A DNA stretch of 63,039 bases, counting the filler, from Octopus bimaculoides (taxonomy: Eukaryota): assembly GCF_001194135.2 (NCBI RefSeq). It is 5 parts of 5 records of this genome, joined end to end, with 100 filler letters (N's around TTAATTAATTAA, not from the genome) between each part and the next. Parts side by side here need not be neighbours in the genome. Positions count along the whole stretch, not along the records: positions 1 to 26,308 come from NC_068990.1; positions 26,409 to 35,316 come from NC_068992.1; positions 35,417 to 54,043 come from NC_068995.1; 2 more parts are not named here. One strand, written 5' to 3'. Numbering within the stretch: position 1 is the stretch's first letter; each line of letters starts with the position of its first letter. Shown piece by piece: positions 25,566 to 36,900 of this stretch. Position numbers and translations under genes: made by a program. The notes below the pieces were generated by a model. The model did not search any database. It saw only the letters and a list, made by a program, of their open reading frames with translations, and was not told the origin of the DNA.

Positions 25566-26144
25566 TCCAAATTCCAAATTCCAAATTTTTTATTATTTTT
25601 TGTACAGTTTTGTGTTTAGGGTTAAACGTAACAAGATTTTTATAATAATTGGTATTCTTTTATTAGTTTCTATTTATAAAGATCTTGATATTATCAATTA
25701 AGTTACTGGTAATAGTATAACATTGAAGTATGTAAGGATAAAGAACATTTAATGCGTACGTACTATTTTAATTATTAGCTTTTGGAGTATGAAATTGTGT
25801 AATCCACTCGGAATTAGTTATATTATTAGTTAAGTTCAATCGAGTTTGTTTTGTTTTGGTGATTAATAGAATATAAATCTTTCACTTTTATATTAATAAC
25901 TATGAAGACTGGTGCGAATATTATCTATATGGACTTAAAGAATTGGTCGTTATTTAGTTATATAAGTTAAGAGTTAGTTATAGGTTTACTTATCGAATTT
26001 ATTTACCGATACTGTTGTGCATATGGTAAATGTGTTTCTTTGTTGTTTAATTAATAAAGTTAGTGTTTCATCCTTCCTAGAATTAAGATTGAATGAATGT
26101 ATGATATCTAAGGTATGTTTGTTCCCAAACAACACTTATTTTAG

Positions 26145-26224
26145 AGAGGTTGTCACCGCCGGATTGACTGATACTGCCAGGTGTCGAAACCACAGTGATA
26201 TCTGTGGGGCAGCTGATGATGTAG
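26145..26224 (+). CDS. Candidate exon (phase 2-1), EVVTAGLTDTARCRNHSDICGAADDV
   Basis: GC-rich island in AT-rich flanks, with cttattttag acceptor and TAG/gtatgt donor. Could equally be repeat-derived. Confidence 0.25.
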
Positions 26225-26619
26225 GTATGTTGGATTGTTGGTATGGTTGTTATTGTATGTGCGGAATAGTATTATAACAAATCCATTTGATATATATATA
26301 TATATATANNNNNNNNNNNNNNNNNNNNNNNNNNNNNNNNNNNNNNNNNNNNTTAATTAATTAANNNNNNNNNNNNNNNNNNNNNNNNNNNNNNNNNNNN
26401 NNNNNNNNTTAGCCGGCATCTGAAACTGATTTATGAGGAAAATATATATCCCTTTAAACTTATATATAAAACTTACTTGGAAGAGGATGCGTGGCGTTCA
26501 ATCATATAATAATATAAATAATAATAATATATATATATATATATGCATATATACAGACGTATATGTACATACTAACATCTATACGTATATATATATATAT
26601 ATATATATATGCATATGTG

Positions 26620-26900
26620 GGCGCAGGACGTCACGAAACATGAACAACAAAAAAATACGAAGTACGAGTACATGAAATATGAACTATTTTTTCGAACAAC
26701 GAAAGACACAAATGGAAAATAGGACAAGCAACATAAAAAACGACCCTTCATCAGTTGTTGGCTGTTTTTCTACTCTCATATTTCGAGCTTTTAACAACAA
26801 CATACGCCTTCGATAAAACAATTGCTCCCGCAAAGCAAATTAAATAAAATTTGGGATTTTGCAGAGGGTCAAAATTCGTAACGCAAACAGGTTTGTGTTA
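26620..26900 (-). mobile_element. Penelope-like LTR-type repeat abutting (TA)n
   Basis: Minus strand carries CTGATGAAGG; architecture is similar to the 35150-35316 element. Confidence 0.4.
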
Positions 26901-26935
26901 CATATACAAGAAATGAAGCCAGTATGCTCTGATGG

Positions 26936-27210
26936 ATGTGTAATGTCAGTGTACATACTCGACAGAGTGTAAGTACCTTGAGAGGAAAGTTGGACCTAAG
27001 AAGCATCAGTTGTGGTGTGCAAGAGAGACGATTGCGCTGGTATGGTCATGTGGCGAGAATGGATGAGGATAGCTGTGTGAAAAAGTGCCACACCCTAGTG
27101 GTTGAGGGAACCTGTGGAAGAGGTAGACCCAGGAAGACCTGGGATGAGGTGGTGAAGCACGACCTTCGAACATTAGGCCTCACCGAGGCAATGACTTCTG
27201 ACCGAGACCT
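26936..27210 (+). mobile_element. RTE-clade LINE ORF2 C-terminal fragment
   Basis: VQERRLRWYGHVARMDEDSCVKKCHTLVVEGTCGRGRPRKTWDEVVKHDLRTLGLTEAMTSDRDL. Confidence 0.9.
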
Positions 27211-27609
27211 TTATATTGGGGAGAAACCTTGTAGGATGCTGTTTTTGATGTCAACAACAGTACGGATGCATATGCTACTGGATTTACTTCGGAAATTCGT
27301 TGGTGTCCGTGGAGTTTATATAAACAGATCAATGACAGAAAATGTAATTTACGAGATTCTTTAATTCAAATACACTACAGCTGTTTCGACTCATTTCACC
27401 TTTGTATCTCTTCGCCATTTCACTTAGCTCTATAACATGTATCTAGGTAGCTGCTGCATTCTAGCAGTTCGCATAAGAAACTGAGTAAGAAGATGAGAAG
27501 TGTGTCTTATTTCTCAGTTTCATTACATTTAGGGAGATATGCTAGTTTTTCTTTATAACAAACTATAGCTAGTGCATCATTATAGTAGCTAATGTTATGC
27601 TTAAATATG

Positions 27610-28440
27610 TTCTACTTAGTAGAGAGCAATGATATACGGGAGGACACACTTTTTACTATGGGAAATATGACGACCTTTACATGATTTGAGAGGGTGATTA
27701 ACATATGTTAAATGCTGATTTGATTTAAGGAAAGGTTTAAAAACACCTGTAGTAAGATCTAGAGTAATTTCTAGGAAGTTGTCGCCCAATTTAACAAACA
27801 AAAGCACGTTCTTAAAATGCCTAAGTTTTTATTAATTTCTAACATAGCCAATATTACTGAAATTACGTATAGTGGAAGAATCATCGTCTCTGTAAATACC
27901 GCCTTCAAAACTACGAATTTACTTTTTAATACAATATAAGTACATTCCCATGAGATCAGTGATTAGCGCAGGGTTATTAGATCCCTTGGTGATATCAAAA
28001 TTATGCTGCCTATTTTTTTCTAGTTCAAACTTATTAAATTCAATAATTATTCTCCTGGCTGCTAGAGTAATATCCACATATTTTTTTAGTTAAATTAGAG
28101 TACTTCATAGCAAAGATAAGAGCTTTGTTTAGAAGAATCTGAGAGATGGAAGTGTAGTTGTGATCAATACCAAGCTGTAGATGCTTAAAGTTTGTCTTGT
28201 TAATATTACTTGACCCCTATAGTGCTAGACGACAAAGTAGGAAATATTTTCATTTTGATTGTAAGAATAATTCTATTTATAATAAGATTGCTTATCCTAC
28301 CAATATCTGACTTAGTTGGGCAGATTAATCTAACTGAAGGTCTACTTACGAAGTTATGTTTAGGATCCTTTAGGTTGACTCCAGGAGTTCTTAGTTGGAG
28401 AGGTTCTGTTCTGTCATCTAATTTGAGAGATTTTACAGTA
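27610..28440 (-). mobile_element. Penelope-like element RT remnant
   Basis: LKLDDRTE...LKDPKHNFVSRPSVRLICPTKSDIGRIS, then YTSISQILLNKALIFA, FDITKGS, GIYRDD and NFLEITLDLTTGVFKPFLKSNQHLTYVNH. These PLE RT motifs occur in order. Confidence 0.85.
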
Positions 28441-28552
28441 TGCCCTTGCACGCATTACATACTGCACGCATTACATACATGCATACATACATACATACAT
28501 ACATACATGCATACATGCATGCATGCATACATGCATACACATATATATGTAT

Positions 28553-28671
<119 letters not shown>

Positions 28672-29267
28672 CATACATATATGTAGAAGGTTGAAAAGTA
28701 ACACACGAGTTGATATGTATAAGGAAAATAAGACGAGGTAGAAAATGCTAAAATAGTTTTATCATGAAGAATATTTTAGTGCCGGTTTCAGTCTTTGCGA
28801 CTTTCTCNNNNNNNNNNNNNNNNNNNNNNNNNNNNNNNNNNNNNNNNNNNNNNNNNNNNNNNNNNNNNNNNNNNNNNNNNNNNNNNNNNNNNNNNNNNNN
28901 NNNNNNNNNNNNNNNNNNNNNNNNNNNNNNNNNNNNNNNNNNNNNNNNNNNNNNNNNNNNNNNNNNNNNNNNNNNNNNNNNNNNNNNNNNNNNNNNNNNN
29001 NNNNNNNNNNNNNNNNNNNNNNNNNNNNNNNNNNNNNNNNNNNNNNNNNNNNNNNNNNNNNNNNNNNNNNNNNNNNNNNNNNNNNNNNNNNNNNNNNNNN
29101 NNNNNNNNNNNNNNNNNNNNNNNNNNNNNNNNNNNNNNNNNNNNNNNNNNNNNNNNNNNNNNNNNNNNNNNNNNNNNNNNNNNNNNNNNNNNNNNNNNNN
29201 NNNNNNNNNNNNNNNNNNNNNNNNNNNNNNNNNNNNNNNNNNNNNNNNNNNNNNNNTGTGTGTATAT

Positions 29268-30425
29268 ATTCTCTTATATGTTTTAGCCCAAACGCTAAAG
29301 CCGTGCTCGAGCAGCATCGGTGCTATCACCATTTCAGTGGCCATTTTAATGCAATTGGCTTTTAATGATGGAGGGAGTTCGACACTGCTGCCCTCTTTTG
29401 AGTTTCTTACCGTGATATAGGTTCATCTGGGACCTTGGGCAGCAGGAGAACTAGTTATTTCTTGAAAGCATCTACCCCTAATCCATGACGATCCCTCAGA
29501 TGCTTTCGCAAGGCATTGAATAACTGTGAGCCCTTGAATCAGAAGCTACTGCAGTACATGGTCTTCATTTTACCCGGGGTAGTTGAGACCTTTGGAACAG
29601 TGCAGCGGTATCAAGTTCGGGGATTAGTATAACTTGAGGTATGTGTCAACCCTTCTAGGATCTTCCATACATATATCACTGCATACCTCTCTGGTCATTG
29701 CTCCAGGAAGTAGAGTCGTTGTTCTTTCAGTCTCTCCCAGTAGCTCAGCTGTTCCATTGAGGCAATCTTCCAGGTACAGCACCGCTGAACTGCCTCAAGT
29801 TCCACTATTAATTTGACGCCGAGGTGACAACAATTGCGAACAGGAGTTCAAACGTCTGAGTACGAATGTCCTCCATAGAACCAGCATAGTTTCCTGCTCC
29901 TTTGTTCTGAAAGTTCTCAGAATCCATCCGGCCATTCACTTGCACATTGCCACCATCTTGCTAACTACGTGAAACGAGGCGTCGTTACTCATATCATGCA
30001 CTGTACTTGACTCTGGGATTGCTGCTACTTTTGGTCTAAATTATTGTTGCCGCATGTGAGCTTTGTCTAGTTGATAGCGACGGCTTGGAATTTACTTGCA
30101 TTAAATTGCATGTTGTTTTTCAGCCCATTTATATATGGCATCTTGATCTTTCTGTAGAACATTAGCACCGGAAGGTTTCTTGACTGCTTGCACTATTTTT
30201 GTGTCGTCAGCATAGCTAGTAAGTGTGGCTATCTGCGTAAGAGAGTCACAATAAACAGTAGCAGCCCCGAGACAGTTCCCTGAGGCACTCCATTCTCTAT
30301 TACTGACTTCTTGCAGAGGGCCTCAAAGGTTGCCATCGCCTGGTTTCTGTCTTTTAAGAATTAATCTAACTATTCTCCCCAGTTTTCCTACTATGCCGAG
30401 TTTTCGTAGCTTGTGACATATCATC
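29268..30425 (-). mobile_element. CR1-type LINE 3' portion (RT to 3' tail), decayed
   Basis: HKLRKLGIVGKLG...GVPQGTV...SYADDTKI...MQFNASKFQ...GWILRTFRTKEQETMLVLWRTFV...SYWERLKE...RYAVIYVWKILEGL, then the tail GCTCGAGCACGGCTTTAGCGTTTGGGCTAAAAC. Confidence 0.85.
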
Positions 30426-30603
30426 TCGTGCTACTTTCATTCATTTATAGATCTTAAATATGCACTGTATAATTCGGAAATGTCCAGTTTAAATAAACCG
30501 CCATCGATGAATCTTCGAAATAACACTCAGCAATTTACAATATATGTATATAGCAATGAGTAGCGAAAATGCATATGTAAGAAGAGAAGCAAGCAAAACT
30601 TAC

Positions 30604-30775
30604 AATAGACATGAATTAAAAGCAAAGTAAAGGAAGGAAAAAACAACAAAAACTAACTCGAAATAAAGAGCTGGGGCTGTTATGAAGTTTGTGCTGTTAA
30701 CACAAGCGATATTGTAACCAGGTTCATTTAGGGCTTCGTTGCATATACAACCGGCCTTGTCAATGGTTGCATTCC
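30604..30775 (-). CDS. Internal exon (phase 1-2) of a membrane protein: Cys/N-glycosylation-rich loop plus TM helix
   Basis: Acceptor gtgtacag and perfect donor TT/gtaagt. Reads GNATIDKAGCICNEALNEPGYNIACVNSTNFITAPALYFELVFVVFSFLYFAFNSCL, with two N-x-T sequons, three Cys and a hydrophobic run of about 20 aa. Confidence 0.6.
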
Positions 30776-30812
30776 CTGTACACATTAGTCTTTCTGAGAC
30801 ACAACTCTTTAA

Positions 30813-31149
30813 TTGCAGCGTGGAAGGTGTTCATAAGCCATTTAAGAAACACACAAAAACCGTTAGATTCACTTCAACATTTAAATTTAATTTGCTAAAA
30901 TATTTTTGTCTCTTTGAGACCGCAACCTGTTCACTGACAAAATTCTGTGCTGCATCTCGGAATTTTGTCAGTGAACAGGTTGCGGTCTCAAAGCGACGAA
31001 AATATTTTGGCAAATTAAATTTAAATGTTGAAGTGAATCTAACGGTTTTTGTGTTTTAAATGGCTTATAAACTCCTTCCACGCTGCAACTGTTTTCGTTC
31101 CAGCATACGATCTCAGATCAAGTCACTTGCTATGCAAGTACATCTCCGT
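30813..31149. mobile_element. Fold-back insertion: 276-bp near-perfect palindrome plus 61-bp tail
   Basis: Arms 30813-30945 and 30960-31088; 10-bp direct repeat AACTCTTTAA at 30803-30812 and 31150-31159. Confidence 0.85.
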
Positions 31150-31567
31150 AACTCTTTAATGTTCTATTGATAAACTAAAATACATAAAATCAGAATCAAT
31201 AATCCTTTTTACTTAAAATATGGGTGAGGTGGGGTGAGGCAGGTCGATTACGTCGATCCCAGTATGCAACTGGTATTTATTTCACTGATTCCGACCTTAG
31301 AGTTGACCATAAAAGGTCACTTAGGATTTTTATTTTAAAAATTTTTATCAAGCAAATGCCCATCCGTCGGTCTTCACGTTCTCTGTTCAAATTCTGCTGC
31401 GATTGACTTTATCGTTCATACTTTTGGAGTCGATAAAATAAGTACCAGTTGACCACTAGGGTCGATTTAACTGACATGGTGCCATCACTCAAACTCCTGA
31501 CCTTGTGCCAAAAATTTGAAACCAATATAAACAAATACCTGTTAAGAGTTATATGTCATCTCTTTAA

Positions 31568-31755
31568 CCATTTTGATGCCAGCCTACCTTAGGCCGCCCT
31601 TGTCTGAGACAGTCCTTAATTAAGATTTCCTGTTAATTTCATGTTCCAAGAGTAGATTAATAATGACAAAGTTGTTTTCCAAGATTTTTTATTATTTTCA
31701 AAATTAATTTAGACTAACGCCGTTTCACATCAACAGAAATATGGTAACAAAAGGG
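31568..31755. mobile_element. piggyBac-like MITE
   Basis: TTAA at 31564-31567 and 31756-31759 flanking imperfect TIRs CCATTTTGATGCC / GGTAACAAAAGGG. Confidence 0.6.
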
Positions 31756-32224
31756 TTAAACAGTGTTAGTGTTGTTAGTGTTGTTGTTGTTGGTGGTGGA
31801 GTGGTGGTGATGGTGGTGATGATGCAGTCACCATATAATTGATTATAACATTGATTAATTAAAAAATAAATGTTGACTAATTATTCGTATAGGTGGCGAA
31901 TTGACAGAGTTGTTAGAGCGTAGGATAAAATGCCACGAAGTTTTTGTTCCGGATCACTACCTTCTGAGTTCAAATCCTACCGAGATTAGCTTCACCGTTT
32001 TGGGTTAATCGTATAAAACACCAACTGAGAAGGAAGGCAGAAACGCCAGGGGTGACGGACGAGATGCTGTATGGTACTTGTTCTGGTTCTTTGTGTAGTC
32101 GACTCATCACTCGGTTAAATACTCCCCACTCCCTTGTACCTTGGGTGGGACTCTCTCTATTGTAAAAAATCAGGTCAGGTCTTCGATTAGAAAATAATCT
32201 CCTTCGACTAGTTTCGGAGACCCT

Positions 32225-32430
32225 GAAATATTCTTTCTTCTATAGGTACAAGGCCTGAAATTTTAGGGGAAGGAGCTAATCAGTTACATCGACCCCGTTA
32301 TATCAACTGGTACTTATTTTTTAGATGGACGGTGAAGTCAGCCTCGGCGGAATTTGAACTTACGACGTAGAGAGCCGAAAGAAATACCACTCAGCTTTTT
32401 GTACGGCGTGGTAACGATTCTGCTTCTTCA
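32225..32430 (-). mobile_element. SINE family A (diverged)
   Basis: Reverse complement of the family A body and tail. Other diverged A-like pieces lie at 31230-31520 and 31880-32020. Confidence 0.75.
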
Positions 32431-34749
32431 CTGCCTTCAGAATATGAAAAACTAAAGGGATACATATGCTGCTTTCCCTTGTTGACTAAATGGTAAAAAC
32501 ATTTACTTTCGCGCGTTTGTAACCCAAGCTCACATCCTACAGGTCTGTGGGAGTTGCGTTTACTTTGATATCCGTACTTTATGGATCGATAAAATAAAAA
32601 ATAAGTGTCCTTCAAGAATTGACATATTGCTGGAGGTTTCATTAACTTGCTACTCTAAGTCCAAGTCATTTGTTGAGTGGAGAAAAGGCAGCGGTAAACC
32701 ATTCCGTTATCTAGCTTCAGAAGGGTGGTATATTGGCTGAATCGTTAGCGCATTATAAAAATAAAGCTTTGTGCTTATTTGTTCTTGATCTTTATACCCT
32801 GAGTTCAGTTCTCACCAGGGATATCTTCGTTTCCAATCCTTTTGTGTCTCTAAAATGGACCACTATTTCATTGAGAAGGCATGAATATTAGATTTTTTCT
32901 TACTGTCTTTCCTAAAATGCAGGGTATTTTAGTATAGTTCAAAAGAAACTATCATTTCTTCGAGAAGAATATCCTCTTTACATCCTCCCTCACTGTCTCT
33001 CCTAAAATCCAAGATCTTTTAGATTCATTCAAAATAGACCGTTATTTCACACATATTCTTTTCTGAAAACGACAATAACAGCAGCAGAAGTCAGACGACC
33101 AGTTCAAGAGTTCCCATCGATTACCAAGTTATTCTTTTACAAGTTTCTATCAATTGACTACGACACTCTTGGAGTATTACCTTCAGAGGTTATAGTCGAT
33201 CATATCGACTGTGTTATTTTATTTATCGATCTCTATCGAAAAAGGTCAAATTTATATGACATAAAGGGATGACTAGTAAACATAAGCACACTCTACTTAG
33301 ATACACACACACATAGACACACACATAAGGAAGTTAACAATTATATATTATTAAAAAATTGGTCACCTTTATTTCTTACAGCCGTTTCAATTAATACTCA
33401 ATAATTTAATTTGCATTTGTCTGCTAAAATGAATTGATAGAACTTCATGTAACATCCCAAGGTACATCTTTTCTATTTTTCTCTCTGATGAAATTATGCT
33501 CATGTCACATAAATGCGAATTTAATGTACAAATTTGTAATTAAATCATTGAGTATTAATTGAAACGGCTGTAAGAAGCGAAGACGACCAATTTGTTAATA
33601 ATAAATAATTAACTTCCTTATCTCCATTTTCTTTTTTCTTTTCTTCGTTTAACTGGATATAAACTATATATATATATATTTACACACACACACTCATGTA
33701 TATANNNNNNNNNNGGTAAACAGGAGGTTACAGTAAAAGACAAAAGTACAAAGCACCGCGCGATGAGATCGAGTCCGGATCCATGGAGGTGTGAATTTCT
33801 TAACTTCACAACCAGTTTCATATGATATCAGAAATAACAATTTTGAAAATTATCTATCATGTTCCTTGTTATGCACTAATTACGAATGATAAGCAAAAGT
33901 AATAATTTTAACAAAATACGTACGTACAAAAAAAAAAGAGGAAGGAATGAAGGAAGGAAAGAAAGAAAACGAAATCTCTCATGGATAGTAGGTGTAGAAG
34001 TTTGTGCTTCACGATGCGTAGAAGTAATTGAATTTTTCGTTAGGTGTGGTGGTAGGTGGTGAGGTAGATAAAAACAGGGAGGCAGCGAGAAGTTAGAATT
34101 TGTTACCACTAGATTTATCGTCTGTTAAAACCGTCTAAATACATTGAAAACAGCTCAAAGTAAGTTAAGTTAGCAGAGTGAGGAATGCTTGACGCAGCCT
34201 GAGACAATGAAACTTTAACATTATTTTAATAAGGCTCTATGTTCTTATATTAGGACTGCTGGAATAAAAAATTAAGACTTTATAATTTAAACAAAATCAT
34301 GAACGTCACTAGCAAAATTAATTGCTTTCTGTCGAAGATAGATATCGCATCTCTGATAAGCAAATGTAAATTGTATGGGCAAGTGTGACTATGTGGTTAA
34401 GCAGCTTGATTCGTAACCATGTGACACTTGTATCTCTCCCTGTGCACAATACAATGCTGCAAAAGTGTCCTTTACTTTGTTTCGGGATAATGTTTTAACT
34501 GAGGAAAGTTTCACATAATGGATACATTTCCTATTATATATTACGCAAACCTGAAAGTGCGTGTTAAATAATTTCAAAATATCACTATTTCATTATTACA
34601 ACTAATATAACTCGATGCCTTGCCACTATAAACTAGCCGGTCCAAACTTCACTTAGTAGTTTGTTAGATTTGACTCGAGTCGAAAATTCTGATGCCGATC
34701 ACCATTTTTTGGTGTAACATGAACTACATATATATAGATGTATATATAT

Positions 34750-35316
34750 ACCGGAGTAAGCACATAAAATGCGCAACAAGGTGGAAAAAAAGAGTACTCA
34801 AATACCAAAAGTAGAGTAATATGCTTTATTTAAAAGCAGCAGAAATATAACAAAAGACTGTTACTCGGAGTTTCACGTTTTAAATTATAATTATAATTTT
34901 AAATTTTATAATTTAGGATATCTAAGAGATACCACCACGCTGAAAACAACAGCCAAATCTTGACTCTAAAACCACAATAAATGTTCATACAGCACCAGGA
35001 GAGAAGACGAAGAGACAAAATAAACTAGCAAAAATTACTGGATAATTCCAGATCCCGGATTTCTGGGTCGGCATAAGAAATGCTTTGCCTCATCAGTGGA
35101 ATATACACAGAAAAGCACATAAATACAAATATATATGTATATATATATATATGGGAGAATATACAAAAAATAACAACAGACGAGGACAGGTGGTGTAAAT
35201 AACAAAAGTATATATTAGTATGACGCTCGGGAATACGGAAAGTCTTTGACGTTTCGAGCTACGCTCTTCAACAGAAAGAATACGGAGACAAGGAGAAAAA
35301 CACGGAGAAAAAAAAA
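34750..35316 (-). mobile_element. Stack of three co-oriented Penelope-like short repeats, each with a hammerhead-like motif
   Basis: Motifs at 34862-34878 (3' half only), 35047-35100 and 35243-35279; the units are separated by (TA)n. Confidence 0.55.
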
Positions 35317-35416
35317 NNNNNNNNNNNNNNNNNNNNNNNNNNNNNNNNNNNNNNNNNNNNTTAATTAATTAANNNNNNNNNNNNNNNNNNNNNNNNNNNN
35401 NNNNNNNNNNNNNNNN

Positions 35417-35810
35417 TCGATGTAATCGACTAGCCCTATCCCCACAAATTTCAGGCCTTGTGCCTATAGTAGAAAGGGTTATTATCATTATTATTATTAT
35501 AAAGGCGGCGAGCTGGCAGAAACGTTAGCACGCCGGGCGAAACGCTTAGCCGTATTTCGTCTGCCGTTACGTTCTGAGTTCAAATTCCGCCGAGGTCGAC
35601 TTTGCCTTTCATCCTTTCGGGGTCGATAAATTAAGTACCAGTTACGCATTAGGGTCGATGATATCGACTTAATCTCCTTGTTTGTCCCCTCTCTGTTAAA
35701 TTTAGCCCCTTGTGGGCAATAAAGAAATAAGAAACGTTAGCACGCCGGGTGAAATGCTTAGCGGTATTTCGTCTGCCGTTACGTTCTGAGTTCAAATTTT
35801 GCCGAGGGCG
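35417..35810 (+). mobile_element. Tandem SINE A copies (3' half, full, 5' half)
   Basis: Head repeated at about 35503 and 35730; tail at 35417-35500. Confidence 0.85.
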
Positions 35811-35897
35811 ATGATGCACATAATAAAACTCAACAAAATGCATGATGTATGACTTAATTGTTACATATGTAATACATACACATATAATCCATCCATC

Positions 35898-35943
<46 letters not shown>

Positions 35944-36520
35944 NNNNNNNNNNNNNNNNNNNNNNNNNNNNNNNNNNNNNNNNNNNNNNNNNNNNNNNNN
36001 NNNNNNNNNNNNNNNNNNNNNNNNNNNNNNNNNNNNNNNNNNNNNNNNNNNNNNNNNNNNNNNNNNNNNNNNNNNNNNNNNNNNNNNNNNNNNNNNNNNN
36101 NNNNNNNNNNNNNNNNNNNNNNNNNNNNNNNNNNNNNNNNNNNNNNNNNNNNNNNNNNNNNNNNNNNNNNNNNNNNNNNNNNNNNNNNNNNNNNNNNNNN
36201 NNNNNNNNNNNNNNNNNNNNNNNNNNNNNNNNNNNNNNNNNNNNNNNNNNNNNNNNNNNNNNNNNNNNNNNNNNNNNNNNNNNNNNNNNNNNNNNNNNNN
36301 NNNNNNNNNNNNNNNNNNNNNNNNNNNNNNNNNNNNNNNNNNNNNNNNNNNNNNNNNNNNNNNNNNNNNNNNNNNNNNNNNNNNNNNNNNNNNNNNNNNN
36401 NNNNNNNNNNNNNNNNNNNNNNNNNNNNNNNNNNNNNNNNNNNNNNNNNNNNNNNNNNNNNNNNNNNNNNNNNNNNNNNNNNNNNNNNNNNNNNNNNNNN
36501 NNNNNNNNNNNNNNNNNNNC

Positions 36521-36681
36521 ATATATACACAATGAGCTTCCATACAGTTTTCGTTTCCCAAATTCCCATAGAAAGCATTGGTCGGTCCAGGCACTATACT
36601 TGCCCAAGGTGCAACGCAGGGGGACTGAGCCTGAACAACGTGGTTGCAAACCCAGCTTCTTAACCACACGGCCATGCTTGC

Positions 36682-36713
<32 letters not shown>

Positions 36714-36900
36714 TTGTCCCCCCACCATCGCTTGACAACCGATGTTGGTGTGTTTACGTGCCATAACATAGCGGTTCAGCAAAAAGGACCGATCGAATAA
36801 GAACTAGGCTTACAATGAAAAGGTTCTGGGATCGATTTGTTCGACTAAAGGCGGTGCTCCAGCATGGCCGCAGTCAAATGACTGAAACAAGTAAAAGAAT
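36521..36900. mobile_element. SINE B with inverted 5' half
   Basis: Head on minus (36521-36677) joined to the 3' half on plus (36681-36900). Confidence 0.75.

Noticed and set aside
25930-25975. ACTTAAAGAATT resembling mitochondrial 12S rRNA (NUMT)
   Set aside because: Only a 12-mer in AT-rich DNA; flanking conserved rRNA motifs are absent.
27235-27435. Open frame DAVFDVNNSTDAYATGFTSEIRWCPW after a tgtag
   Set aside because: Poor acceptor; wedged between RTE and Penelope remnants and overlapping a PLE-type motif on the other strand.
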